A DNA stretch of 64,000 bases, taken from positions 2,144 through 66,143 of the forward strand of contig JAURIU010000001.1 in the NCBI GenBank assembly GCA_030832605.1. The letters are read 5' to 3'. The position numbers were made by a program, and so were the translations under genes. Below are positions 55,683-64,000 of the stretch, piece after piece. Every line of letters begins with the position of its first letter. Within the stretch, counting starts at the first letter, position 1. The DNA is from Rhodoluna sp. (lineage in GTDB: Bacteria > Actinomycetota > Actinomycetes > Actinomycetales > Microbacteriaceae). The notes below the pieces were generated by a model, which was given only the letters and a program-made list of their open reading frames with translations, searched no databases and was not told where the DNA came from.

Positions 55683-56657
55683 GTGAACATCAGCCAAGAA
55701 ACCATCAACTGGATGCTCGACAGCGACCCTGCACTCAAGTGGCAGGTTGAGCGAGACCTGTTGAACGCGCCCGAAGCGCAGTGGGTGGCAACCAAAGCCC
55801 TGGTCACAACCGAAGGTATCGGCGCCAGAATGCTCAGCCTTCAAGATGAAGACGGCCAATGGGCCGGCGGCGCGCACTTTCCAACACGCGAAGATCCGCG
55901 AGCGCTGCCCTACGTCGAAGGCGAAAAGGGTCAGCCATACATCTCAACGGGTTGGTCGCTAAGTTCAGTGCGCGAATGGGGCGTCGATGCCAAGGTGATG
56001 GGCGACACATCCGAGCGCTTAGAGAAAAACTGCCGCTGGGAATACGACGACCTGCCGTTCTGGGGTGGCGAAGTGGACTGCTGTATCAACGCCTACACGC
56101 TCTCAAACGGTCTTTGGCTTGGTCGCGACATGTCTCACCTGGCGAAATGGTTTGTCGACCACCAACTCGAAGACGGGGGCTGGAACTGCGAGTGGATCGA
56201 GGGCGACACCCGCTCGTCGTTCCACTCGACCCTGAACTCGCTCTTCGGCCTGCTTGATTACGAGCTTCATACAGGCAAGAAGGCCGAAATCACGGATGCT
56301 CGCCGCAAAGCCGAGGAATACCTGCTCGAACGCCGGCTCATGTTCAGGCTCTCGACCGGCGAACCGGTTGGTCCCTGGTTGAACGACCTCGCCTACCCGT
56401 TCAGGTGGAACTACTCGATTGTTCGCGCTTTGAACTATTTCGTGAGTGCATCCAAGTTCTCAGGGGATGCGCCAGACCCACGCCTCGCCGACGCCATGAA
56501 CCTCTTGGCATCCTGGGCCAACGAAAACGGTCGCTGGGTTACCAACGACCGCATTCCTGGTCAGGTTTGGTTTGATGTTGATTCCCCGGTTGGCGAGGAG
56601 TCGAAGTGGCTAACTTTCTATGCGCTGCGAGCGCTGAACTGGTGGAACGCCCGCTAG
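55683..56657 (+). CDS. prenyltransferase/squalene-cyclase-repeat (alpha/alpha barrel) protein
   Basis: QDEDGQW, QLEDGGWNC, NENGRW QW-like repeats; SKWLT..ALRAL.WW end. Confidence 0.78.
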   Translation: MNISQETINWMLDSDPALKWQVERDLLNAPEAQWVATKALVTTEGIGARMLSLQDEDGQWAGGAHFPTREDPRALPYVEGEKGQPYISTGWSLSSVREWGVDAKVMGDTSERLEKNCRWEYDDLPFWGGEVDCCINAYTLSNGLWLGRDMSHLAKWFVDHQLEDGGWNCEWIEGDTRSSFHSTLNSLFGLLDYELHTGKKAEITDARRKAEEYLLERRLMFRLSTGEPVGPWLNDLAYPFRWNYSIVRALNYFVSASKFSGDAPDPRLADAMNLLASWANENGRWVTNDRIPGQVWFDVDSPVGEESKWLTFYALRALNWWNAR

Positions 56658-56663
56658 TGCGCT

Positions 56664-56921
56664 CTACTTCTTGCGCTTGAAGAACGACTTGAGCTTGGCC
56701 ACGATGATCTCAAGCCCCTGCATACCCTGCTTGTTTAGTTCTCGAGCCCACTCGAGTTCGAGGGCGAGAATCGTAAGGCCAAAGAATATGAATAGAAGAC
56801 CTGGGCCGGGGGTAACCATCATGATCAGGCCGAGAATCAGCAAAATCACGCCGATAATCATCGTCACAACCCAGCGCACGGGGCTCGGGAGCTTTGACAG
56901 AACTTTCTTGATCCATTCCAT
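56664..56921 (-). CDS. PGPGW-family small membrane protein
   Basis: TPGPGLL...GLTILALELEWAR; GGAG RBS. Confidence 0.85.
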   Translation of the reverse strand: MEWIKKVLSKLPSPVRWVVTMIIGVILLILGLIMMVTPGPGLLFIFFGLTILALELEWARELNKQGMQGLEIIVAKLKSFFKRKK

Positions 56922-57071
56922 TTAGGTCTCCTCTCTTACTCTCAGCCTAAACCAGACCGAACGCCGCAGCGCTTCGGACTAAACGCGTGGCTTCTTACTT
57001 TGTTTTGAGCGCAAGCAACGGGCGGCTCAGCCCTAAACTACGAGATGTAGCGTGCTCTAGAAGGGTAGAAA

Positions 57072-57737
57072 ATGAACGGTTTGACTCGCAAGCTTATTGC
57101 CGAGTTTGGTGGCACTGCCGCCCTGGTTTGCATCGTGGTTGGCTCGGGCATCATGGGCACGAACCTGTCGAACGATGACGGCGTAGCTCTTTTGATTAAC
57201 GCCGTTTCAACCGCTCTCGGCCTAGCCATTCTGATTCTCATTCTCGGGCCGGTCAGCGGCGCTCACTTCAACCCAGCGGTCACGCTCGTGATGTTTGCCC
57301 AGCGTGCGATCGAGCTCAAGGCGGCCATCGGCTTCATGGTGGCTCAGATTCTTGGCGCTATCGGTGGCGCAATCTTGGCGAATGTCATGTTCGACCTTGC
57401 GGCCGTGCAAATCTCTGACCACGCCCGAGTTTCGACGGGAACGCTGGTTGCCGAGGCAATCGCAACCGCTGGCTTGATCGTGGTCATCCAAGTGTTTGTG
57501 GCTCGTCAGAACGCCAACCATGTCGCCATCGCGGTGGCTGCCTGGATCGGCTCGGCCTACTTCTTCACCGCATCGACGTCTTTCGCCAACCCTGCCGTGA
57601 CCATCGGTCGCACGTTCACCGACACAGTTGCCGGAATTGCACCGGCCTCGCTCTTGCCATTTGTGGCTGCACAACTGGTCGGCGCTGCAATCGGGCTGGT
57701 ACTTGCAAAAGCCATAACCAAAGGCCAAGTCGACTAG
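57072..57737 (+). CDS. MIP/aquaporin family channel (AqpS-like)
   Basis: AEFGGT, SGAHFNPAVT and SFANPAVTIGR NPA boxes; VVGSGIM and IGSAYFFTASTS pattern. Confidence 0.9.
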   Translation: MNGLTRKLIAEFGGTAALVCIVVGSGIMGTNLSNDDGVALLINAVSTALGLAILILILGPVSGAHFNPAVTLVMFAQRAIELKAAIGFMVAQILGAIGGAILANVMFDLAAVQISDHARVSTGTLVAEAIATAGLIVVIQVFVARQNANHVAIAVAAWIGSAYFFTASTSFANPAVTIGRTFTDTVAGIAPASLLPFVAAQLVGAAIGLVLAKAITKGQVD

Positions 57738-57767
57738 GGCTTTCGCCAAAAACATCTTGGAGGAACC

Positions 57768-58199
57768 ATGGCAAAAGAGTCGAACGCAAAGTTCACTGCG
57801 GCAGAGCGCGAGGCCATGCAAGAACGCGCACGCGAGTTGAAGGCTGCCAAAGGAGCCCAGAACAAGGCTGCCGATGAGGCCCTTGTGGTCGCGAAGATTG
57901 CTGCAATGGCGCCTGCCGACCGCAAGATTGCCGAACGAGTGCATGCCATTGTCAGAGAGGCCGCCCCGCTCCTAGACGCCAAGACCTGGTATGGCATGCA
58001 GGCCTATTTCAAAGACGGCAAGGTCGTTTGCTTTTTTCAAGACGCCGCGAAGTTCAAGTCGCGCTATTCAACCTTCGGTTTTCAAGATGCTGCCAACTTG
58101 GATGACGGTTCAATGTGGCCTACGTCATTCGCAGTGATTTCGCTCGACACGGCAACCGAGAAGCGCATCGCCGACCTAGTGCGTCAGGCTGCTAACTAA
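57768..58199 (+). CDS. DUF1801/YdhG-family protein
   Basis: FTAAEREAMQERAREL, KTWYGM.AY..DGKVVCFFQ.A.KF..RYSTFGF, MWPTSFA. Confidence 0.85.
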   Translation: MAKESNAKFTAAEREAMQERARELKAAKGAQNKAADEALVVAKIAAMAPADRKIAERVHAIVREAAPLLDAKTWYGMQAYFKDGKVVCFFQDAAKFKSRYSTFGFQDAANLDDGSMWPTSFAVISLDTATEKRIADLVRQAAN

Positions 58200-58635
58200 C
58201 CTTCAGCATCAGCATGTATTGCCCGCCACCAGGGTTGACCTGAGTTTCAAAGCGCACACCCGGTGCAAAACGGCTGAGTCGATCGAGTAGCCACACGGAT
58301 GCTTCGGCCGCGTCATCCGCGCTCATGCAACGTGCCACAAGCTCACGCCCACCCTTGCGGCTTAAACGCTCGACAGTTTCGACAATCGGTGCCGGCTCGG
58401 CGACGAGCAGGTGTTCGGCCCAAGGAACCACCGGGGCAATCTTGCCCTTCATGGTGTTGCAGGCCCGGTGAGCCAAGCGCTCAGCGCTCGCGCCACCCTT
58501 TTTGCCCTTTGCAACGCCAAAGCTATCGACACTAGGTCCCAAATCGGCGTTCACCGAGGCATCTGGGTCAACCGCGCCGTCACAAAGCCAGCAGCGCCAG
58601 CCGTCGGCCTTGCCGACTGCGTCTAGATCGCTCAT
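58192..58635 (-). CDS. zinc-binding HNH-like protein (catalytic His apparently absent)
   Basis: DGWRCWLC...PSVDS...LAHRACNTMKG. Confidence 0.65.
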   Translation of the reverse strand: MSDLDAVGKADGWRCWLCDGAVDPDASVNADLGPSVDSFGVAKGKKGGASAERLAHRACNTMKGKIAPVVPWAEHLLVAEPAPIVETVERLSRKGGRELVARCMSADDAAEASVWLLDRLSRFAPGVRFETQVNPGGGQYMLMLKVS

Positions 58636-59030
58636 GAAAGTAACTCAAAATACATGGTTACAACTTTCGAGTCGGGCCGAACCTCATAGCCGGAATCGCC
58701 CCAGAACTTGCCGTGGCTTTCGCGAAAATCATCGCCAGTCAAATCACCCTCAGCCTCGGCTAAGGCGAATTCATCGGGCACATCTTCAAAGTTCATAACC
58801 TCGACCCGTGTGCATTGAATTCGTCCGAGCTCTTCGCCATCGTTGCCAACCACCACGAGCACCTCGCCTACGTGCTCGACGGGTTCTCCCTCGGCCTCGT
58901 AGTCATATTCGAGCAACCCTGCCGTGGCCCGCTTGTTGCCGTTGAACAGAAAATCTAGGATGGTGTCGCGCGAGGTTCCGGGGTTGCCGAACTCAATCGT
59001 TCGCAACCCATCAATTCGCTCAAATGTCAT
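58632..59030 (-). CDS. ASCH domain protein
   Basis: GNKRATAG (GxKxAT), FALAEAEGD, H..FW. Confidence 0.85.
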   Translation of the reverse strand: MTFERIDGLRTIEFGNPGTSRDTILDFLFNGNKRATAGLLEYDYEAEGEPVEHVGEVLVVVGNDGEELGRIQCTRVEVMNFEDVPDEFALAEAEGDLTGDDFRESHGKFWGDSGYEVRPDSKVVTMYFELLS

Positions 59031-59039
59031 GCGACAAAT

Positions 59040-59999
59040 CTAAATCATCACGTCTAGTCGGCCAACATCGTTGCCGCCGCCCAGAACGCGAGGCGAAACC
59101 TTGGCGGTGAGCTCAGCCGCGACATCCGCGCTGATAAGTTCGTGCTTAGCCAAGATCGCAACGGCGACCGCTGCCATGGCGCGCATAGAGCCATCGGCAA
59201 CCTTAATGGCGAGCCCGTGACCATCGGCGGTGCCAACGACATAGACGCCCTCGGCCCCAACCTTGGCAACCAGCCCGGCATCGAGCATTAGCGAGTCGGC
59301 GGCCTCGCGGTCGCCAATCGCCCAGCCATTGGCCTTCAGACCCGCGGCGATTTCGGTTTCTTCGAGAGCAAACTTGCCCGTCGCCCGCGCTAACCCTTCG
59401 ACCGTCAGCGTGTGTAACGGTGCGCCACACCCGTCGACGGTGGTGTGCAAAACCTTTTCGCCGGAAAACTCCTCGAGAACATCCACGATTAATTTTTGAA
59501 GCGGATGCTCTGCCGACAGGTAATCGTGCGTCGACCATCCGGCGCCAACGCTCGCGGCCAAGAATGCGGCGTGCTTGCCTGAGCAATTGAAGTATTCGCG
59601 ACGTTGCTCGGTTGCGGCGGTTCGAGCGGCGGAGTTAGCCGGCCAGGCTAGCGGGCACTGCAGTGCCTCGACGCCCAAGCCAGCTTGCGCCAAAATCTGC
59701 TCAACTAGAGTCACGTGATCGGTCGAACCCGAGTGGCTGCCAGACGAAACCGCAAGTTGCGCACCATCGAGCGACAAACCGGCACGGCGCACGGCCACCG
59801 CCTGAAGCGGCTTGACCGCACTGCGCGGATAAATGATGCGTTTTGACGGACCCCAGTGTTCGATCACCTTGCCGTCGGGGCCGGTGAGCGTGGCAACCCC
59901 TCGATGCCACGACTCAACCAAGCCACCTCTGGTCAGCTGGGCGAGCAACATGTGATCGCCTGCCGAAAGCACAAGAGTGTGAAGCATATCTGCGGTCAT
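59040..59999 (-). CDS. L-asparaginase, Rhizobium etli (class 3) type
   Basis: RSAVKPLQA, NCSGKH, DGCGAP, KVGAEGV, KVADG. Confidence 0.88.
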   Translation of the reverse strand: MTADMLHTLVLSAGDHMLLAQLTRGGLVESWHRGVATLTGPDGKVIEHWGPSKRIIYPRSAVKPLQAVAVRRAGLSLDGAQLAVSSGSHSGSTDHVTLVEQILAQAGLGVEALQCPLAWPANSAARTAATEQRREYFNCSGKHAAFLAASVGAGWSTHDYLSAEHPLQKLIVDVLEEFSGEKVLHTTVDGCGAPLHTLTVEGLARATGKFALEETEIAAGLKANGWAIGDREAADSLMLDAGLVAKVGAEGVYVVGTADGHGLAIKVADGSMRAMAAVAVAILAKHELISADVAAELTAKVSPRVLGGGNDVGRLDVMI

Positions 60000-60022
60000 A
60001 ACTACAACCTACCGAAAGAGCG

Positions 60023-61501
60023 TTACTTCACCTTGCTAGCAGTGCTCTTGGTGGTGGTCACCGTACTGCCAACCGAGTTGGTTGCGGTGACCGAGGCGCG
60101 AACATACTTGCCAATGTCGCTCTTGGTGAGCTTGTAACTCGCAGCGGTCTTGCCCGCGATTGCAGCACATTTATTAGCGGATGCTGGCGCAGTCTTAATC
60201 GCATTGAAGCCCTTGACCGAGCAGCGATACCACTTGTAGGTGTAGGTCATCGGAGCGGTGCCAGTCCAGGTTCCCTTTGACACGGTGAGGGTCTTGCCAA
60301 CCACCGGGCTGGTGGTCGACAGGGTCGCCAACATGCTGTTGGTCGGCTTGGTCTTCGGCACAATCGCAGGGGTAACCGCACCGTTTACCGCAACGTTGTC
60401 TATGTAGTAGAGCAGTGGCGGGTTAGAAGGTGCAACCTGGAAGTCAGGGAAAATGACCACCTTGTCGTACTCGGTTGCTGCTGACCAGCCGGCAACGGTC
60501 GAGAAGTTAACGGTGATGGTTTGCCAACCGACGACGGCGGTTGCGCCACCCTGAACTGCACCCGGGTTTAGCTCGACCACAACCGGACCGGCTTTTGGTG
60601 AGTAGTAGTTGAAGGTCACACTCGGAAACGCGCTGCTGGTGTAACGCTTGGTTCCGGTGATGTCGACGATTACGTTTGCGCCCGTCCAAGGCTGGCCGAG
60701 TTTAGTGATGGCCAGGGCGTTGCCGCCGTTGCCGTCAACCGGCGCTGGGACGATTGCTGCGGTTCCGCCACCGAAAATACCGTGTGGATGCGGACCCGTG
60801 GCCTCGGCAGCAACAAGTGCGCCGTCAGCATCGCCCGACTCAAAGGTGAGCAGGGTTGGGGTTGCAGTCTTGCCAACGGGCTCGACTCCCCCGCCGCCGC
60901 CTGAAGCCGCGGCAAAGGTAATGTCATCAACATAGAAAACCTGGTTGCCGGTGGTGACCTGTGGGCCAAGCGACACGAAGTCGAAGAACATCGACGCCAT
61001 GCTGTAGGTCTTGTTCACACTGAACGCCTCGGTTCCGGTGGCCTGCTTCGAGAAGTCAAAGGTGTAGGTGTGCCAACCGAGTACCGATTTTTCGGTGGCG
61101 TTGGTCTCGACCGACTGAGTCGGGTCGCCCGCCTTTTCGATCTTCATGCGAATTACGATGTTTGCTTTTGGTGAGTGAACGCGGGCGCTAACAAATAGCT
61201 CACCGGTCTTCAGTAGCACCTTCGATGGGTCTTTGATGATTGTTGTGCCGGCCCAAGATGCCTTGCCACGAATCACTTTGAGGGCGCGACCGGCGTTGTC
61301 TGGTGCATCGGCTACCACCGACGATGCCTGCTGCATCGGGGCGTCGTCGAAGTCGATGTTCACGTAGCCCGAGGTATCGTTCTGCTCAAAAGTGACCACC
61401 AAGCCGCCGGCTGCAGTAGCCGAAGAAACCGGGTTGAGTGTGGCTGCCAAAATCAGCGCGGATGCCGCGGCTAGCAGTTTGCGTGCGGAAAACCGAAACA
61501 T
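60023..61501 (-). CDS. secreted protein with two tandem carbohydrate-binding-like domains and a C-terminal Ig-like domain
   Basis: Signal peptide; repeat 1 (TFE...W.G...SPK...GW..TFDFS...FDF...YVDDI) and repeat 2 (TFE...WTG...SPK...GWQTITVNFS...PDF...YIDNV); VGKTLTVSKGTW...YTYKWYRC...DIGKYVRASVTATN. Confidence 0.78.
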   Translation of the reverse strand: MFRFSARKLLAAASALILAATLNPVSSATAAGGLVVTFEQNDTSGYVNIDFDDAPMQQASSVVADAPDNAGRALKVIRGKASWAGTTIIKDPSKVLLKTGELFVSARVHSPKANIVIRMKIEKAGDPTQSVETNATEKSVLGWHTYTFDFSKQATGTEAFSVNKTYSMASMFFDFVSLGPQVTTGNQVFYVDDITFAAASGGGGGVEPVGKTATPTLLTFESGDADGALVAAEATGPHPHGIFGGGTAAIVPAPVDGNGGNALAITKLGQPWTGANVIVDITGTKRYTSSAFPSVTFNYYSPKAGPVVVELNPGAVQGGATAVVGWQTITVNFSTVAGWSAATEYDKVVIFPDFQVAPSNPPLLYYIDNVAVNGAVTPAIVPKTKPTNSMLATLSTTSPVVGKTLTVSKGTWTGTAPMTYTYKWYRCSVKGFNAIKTAPASANKCAAIAGKTAASYKLTKSDIGKYVRASVTATNSVGSTVTTTKSTASKVK

Positions 61502-61519
61502 GAATGTCCCTTTCAAAAC

Positions 61520-61588
61520 TGAAAGCGACTATCGCTCCTAACTCTCAAGTTAGGGCATGAAAGCGGTTTCGTGAAAGCGATTTCACGA
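61520..61588. promoter_or_regulatory. three LacI-family-type operators
   Basis: TGAAAGCGACTATC (61520), TGAAAGCGGTTTCG (61558), TGAAAGCGATTTCA (61572, within longer TCGTGAAA-GCGA-TTTCACGA); TGAAAN-CG-NTTTCA pattern. Confidence 0.7.
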
Positions 61589-61631
61589 CCGTAACCCAAT
61601 CGTTAGCAAGCGCCTTTGCTAGGCTTTGGCC

Positions 61632-62408
61632 ATGCAAAATCAAGTCTTTCAGGGTGCCTCAGGGCAGAGCATCCAAGTGCTATTTGAAGCCAGCGGTGAC
61701 ACGCTCGCCGTTTGGCATCACGGTACCCCGAACCCGCGCGAGCTAAGCGCCGAGGTGTTGGCAGTGTTCGCCCGCCACGGGTATTCGGTGGTTTGCCCAA
61801 TTCGCCCCGGCTACGGCGAGACGAGCCTGACCCGCACCGACGGTCAGAGCATGAGCGACATGGCTGAGGTTACCGCCGCCGTGGTTGCGCACCTAGGTTT
61901 CGACAAGTTTGTTAGCTTCGGGCACTCGAGCGGTGGGGCCCGCGCGCTAGGAGACGTTGCCGCGCTCGACCAGGCGCTTGCCGCCGTGACCTTTGCAACC
62001 GTCGGCCCTGTTGGCGAAAGCGATTTGAACCCGCACGAAGGAATCGACCCTGAAGAGCTCGAGATGCTCGAGGCAACTCGTGACCTTGCTCCCGAGGTAA
62101 TCGCTCAGTTTGAAAAGTGGGCGCCGTCTTTCGAAAACCCGATCGCATTCACTCACGGCGCGATGGGTTGGGCGCTAGACGAGCACTCGATGATGGTTCC
62201 TTGGGGTTTCGACGTTCGAGCCATCGACAAGCCGGTGCTTCTGTTCACCGGCGACAGCGACCCAAACGTAAACCCGGTTTCGAGCCGCTGGTTGGCTAGC
62301 AAGATCGCAGGAGCCAAGCTCAACGAACTGCCGAACCGCGACCACGACCAGATCGTTGAAGCCGACGTTGTTGAGCAGGCGCTAACCGCCTTGGATGCTG
62401 CGCTCTAG
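61632..62408 (+). CDS. alpha/beta-fold hydrolase
   Basis: WHHGTP, RPGYG, GHSSGG nucleophile, PWGF, GDSDPNV, DH. Confidence 0.85.
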   Translation: MQNQVFQGASGQSIQVLFEASGDTLAVWHHGTPNPRELSAEVLAVFARHGYSVVCPIRPGYGETSLTRTDGQSMSDMAEVTAAVVAHLGFDKFVSFGHSSGGARALGDVAALDQALAAVTFATVGPVGESDLNPHEGIDPEELEMLEATRDLAPEVIAQFEKWAPSFENPIAFTHGAMGWALDEHSMMVPWGFDVRAIDKPVLLFTGDSDPNVNPVSSRWLASKIAGAKLNELPNRDHDQIVEADVVEQALTALDAAL

Positions 62409-62430
62409 TTAGCGCCCGCATAAAGTTTCG

Positions 62431-63642
62431 CTAGTTCGACAAATCTGGCACGGTTATTGGCCGCACGATGAAAATCAGGCTGAGCAGACCGATTAGGTAA
62501 GCGCCGCCCATGAGCATGCCGAGCGGGGCTGCGCTATCCAGCGGCACGAGGGTGTAAATCGGCGAGAACAAGCTGGTAACCAAGAAGTTCGAGACGCCCA
62601 ACAGCGATGCAGCGGTGCCGGCCTCGTGACCGTGCGGGGTGAGCGCCAGGGTCTGAATCAACGGGATGGTCGCACCAAAGCACAAGATCAGCACCGCAAG
62701 CGCAACCTCGGCTGCGGCAAACGGGGCGTTCGCCAAACCTAGCAACGTGAGAACGAGACCGGCTGCGACGGCCGTGGCAATAACGGCGACGAGCATCCAC
62801 TGAGCTTTGTATTTGACGCCCAGTCGAGCGCCAATCTGCACACCGATCACCGACATAACCGAGTTGAACGAGAACCAGAAACCGAATTCGCCAACGCTGA
62901 GACCATAACCCGATTCGCGAAATAGGAACGGAACGATGTTTAGGTAGGCGAAGAGCGATACGGTCTGCGCCACCGAGAGAATCAACAGGCCGATGTAGAT
63001 TCGGTCGCGAAGCACTGCGGCGAAACGCTTGCCCATGCCAAAGAACGGCGACTCTTTACGGTCGTCGGTGTGGAGGGTTTCTTTGAGAAAGACAATGGCC
63101 AGAATGGCGACGACCGAGCCGAAACCCGCAAAAATGCCGAACACTTCGCGCCAAAGCACGACTTCACTTAGCCAAGCGCCGATGATCGGCCCAAGTATTG
63201 GCGAGAGCCCCTGCACTAGAAAAACGCGCGAAAGCATTTTCATCATTGGCTTGCCGGCATACAGGTCGCGAACCACCGCATTGGCGAGCACACCGGCTGC
63301 CGATGCGCCAACCGCCATAAGGGTGCGAAGCGCAATGAAGGTTTCGATATTGGTCGCCCAGAGCATTGCGAATGCTGCCACGGCATAAAGCGATACGGCA
63401 AAAATCATTGGGCGACGGCGACCGATCGAGTCGCTCAGGGTGCCTGCAAAAATCTGACCGAAGGCGAAGCCTAGGGTTACTCCGGTAAGGCTGAATTGAA
63501 TTAGCGCGGTGCTTACGTCGAAATCGGTTTCGATGGCTGGATATGAGGCCAAATAGGGGTCGATTGTGAACGGTTGAAGGCACATCGACAGCCCGAGCAT
63601 CAAGATAAAAATCAAGCGCTGCTGTTTGGTTATTGAACTCAC
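62431..63642 (-). CDS. MFS drug-efflux transporter, Bcr/CflA type
   Basis: PFTIDPYL, GTLSDSIGRRRP, AVVRDLY, LSPILGPIIG, KETL; 12 TM. Confidence 0.9.
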   Translation of the reverse strand: MSSITKQQRLIFILMLGLSMCLQPFTIDPYLASYPAIETDFDVSTALIQFSLTGVTLGFAFGQIFAGTLSDSIGRRRPMIFAVSLYAVAAFAMLWATNIETFIALRTLMAVGASAAGVLANAVVRDLYAGKPMMKMLSRVFLVQGLSPILGPIIGAWLSEVVLWREVFGIFAGFGSVVAILAIVFLKETLHTDDRKESPFFGMGKRFAAVLRDRIYIGLLILSVAQTVSLFAYLNIVPFLFRESGYGLSVGEFGFWFSFNSVMSVIGVQIGARLGVKYKAQWMLVAVIATAVAAGLVLTLLGLANAPFAAAEVALAVLILCFGATIPLIQTLALTPHGHEAGTAASLLGVSNFLVTSLFSPIYTLVPLDSAAPLGMLMGGAYLIGLLSLIFIVRPITVPDLSN

Positions 63643-63823
63643 TAAGCGAGCCTACCTCACTCGATTTTCAGCGACGACGAGGCGGGCGAAGTGTTTGCTC
63701 GAACAATGTCGTTGGTTGATGGCAAACTTGCACCCAACAGCACTGCCTGGCTCGCTCGGTGAGTCAATCGAAAGATTGGTTCTAGTTGCGAAGAGGCCGG
63801 CGGCCGAACGTTAGGAGCATCGC

Positions 63824-64000
63824 GTGACCTTCTGGGACTTTCTAGCCGGCGCAGCCCTGCTCTTTTTGTTCGGCGCGATCGCGGTCAGTGCTTTCGTGTT
63901 GGTGTTCTCGGTCATCGGGCCACTGTTTTGGGGCTCGAAAAACACGCGACCAACAACTACTTGGGTAGATTCGCCAGAAGACGACGCCGACGAAGACGAG
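63824..64000 (+). CDS. small membrane protein, partial (runs off window end)
   Basis: AGGAG RBS then GTG; MTFWDFLAGAALLFLFGAIAVSAFVLVFSVIGPLFWGSK... open to end. Confidence 0.55.
   Translation, partial: MTFWDFLAGAALLFLFGAIAVSAFVLVFSVIGPLFWGSKNTRPTTTWVDSPEDDADEDE

Noticed and set aside
55683-56657. Squalene-hopene cyclase / hopanoid synthesis
   Set aside because: Only about half the length of SHC, no DXDD motif, no hpn genes nearby

Overview
Gene-dense, moderate-GC chromosomal segment of an actinobacterium. Gene order and protein sequences point to Microbacteriaceae, probably a streamlined freshwater Luna-cluster (Rhodoluna/Aquiluna-like) genome; this taxonomy is inference. The core backbone comprises galT-galK, a gabD-type dehydrogenase, pncA, dacB, aspA, trkH/trkA, tRNA-Thr(CGT), holB-tmk-topA, a compact Tad/Flp pilus locus with a 6C RNA, acs, a RidA-family gene, ponA, asd-lysC, recR-dnaX, SRP RNA and tRNA-Ser(GGA). 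The standout is a 12-gene accessory catabolic cluster (8.3-20.5 kb). It combines an APC permease, a glutamine-synthetase-like gamma-glutamyl ligase, two gamma-glutamyl amidohydrolases, a cytochrome P450 with ferredoxin and reductase, a LigB/HpaD-type ring-cleavage dioxygenase, a semialdehyde dehydrogenase, an FAH-family enzyme, an acetoacetate-decarboxylase-like enzyme and a MarR regulator. Seven copies of a 22-bp palindromic operator tie it together. It looks like a gamma-glutamyl-protected, P450-dependent pathway for an aromatic or cyclic amine that I cannot match to a characterised route. Other accessory content includes a Phd/VapC toxin-antitoxin pair, an AT-richer islet after tRNA-Ser, and several secreted repeat proteins, one with LacI-type operators. 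Leaderless promoters (TAGGCT-N6-start) are frequent. No CRISPR array, rRNA, transposase or integrase was seen.
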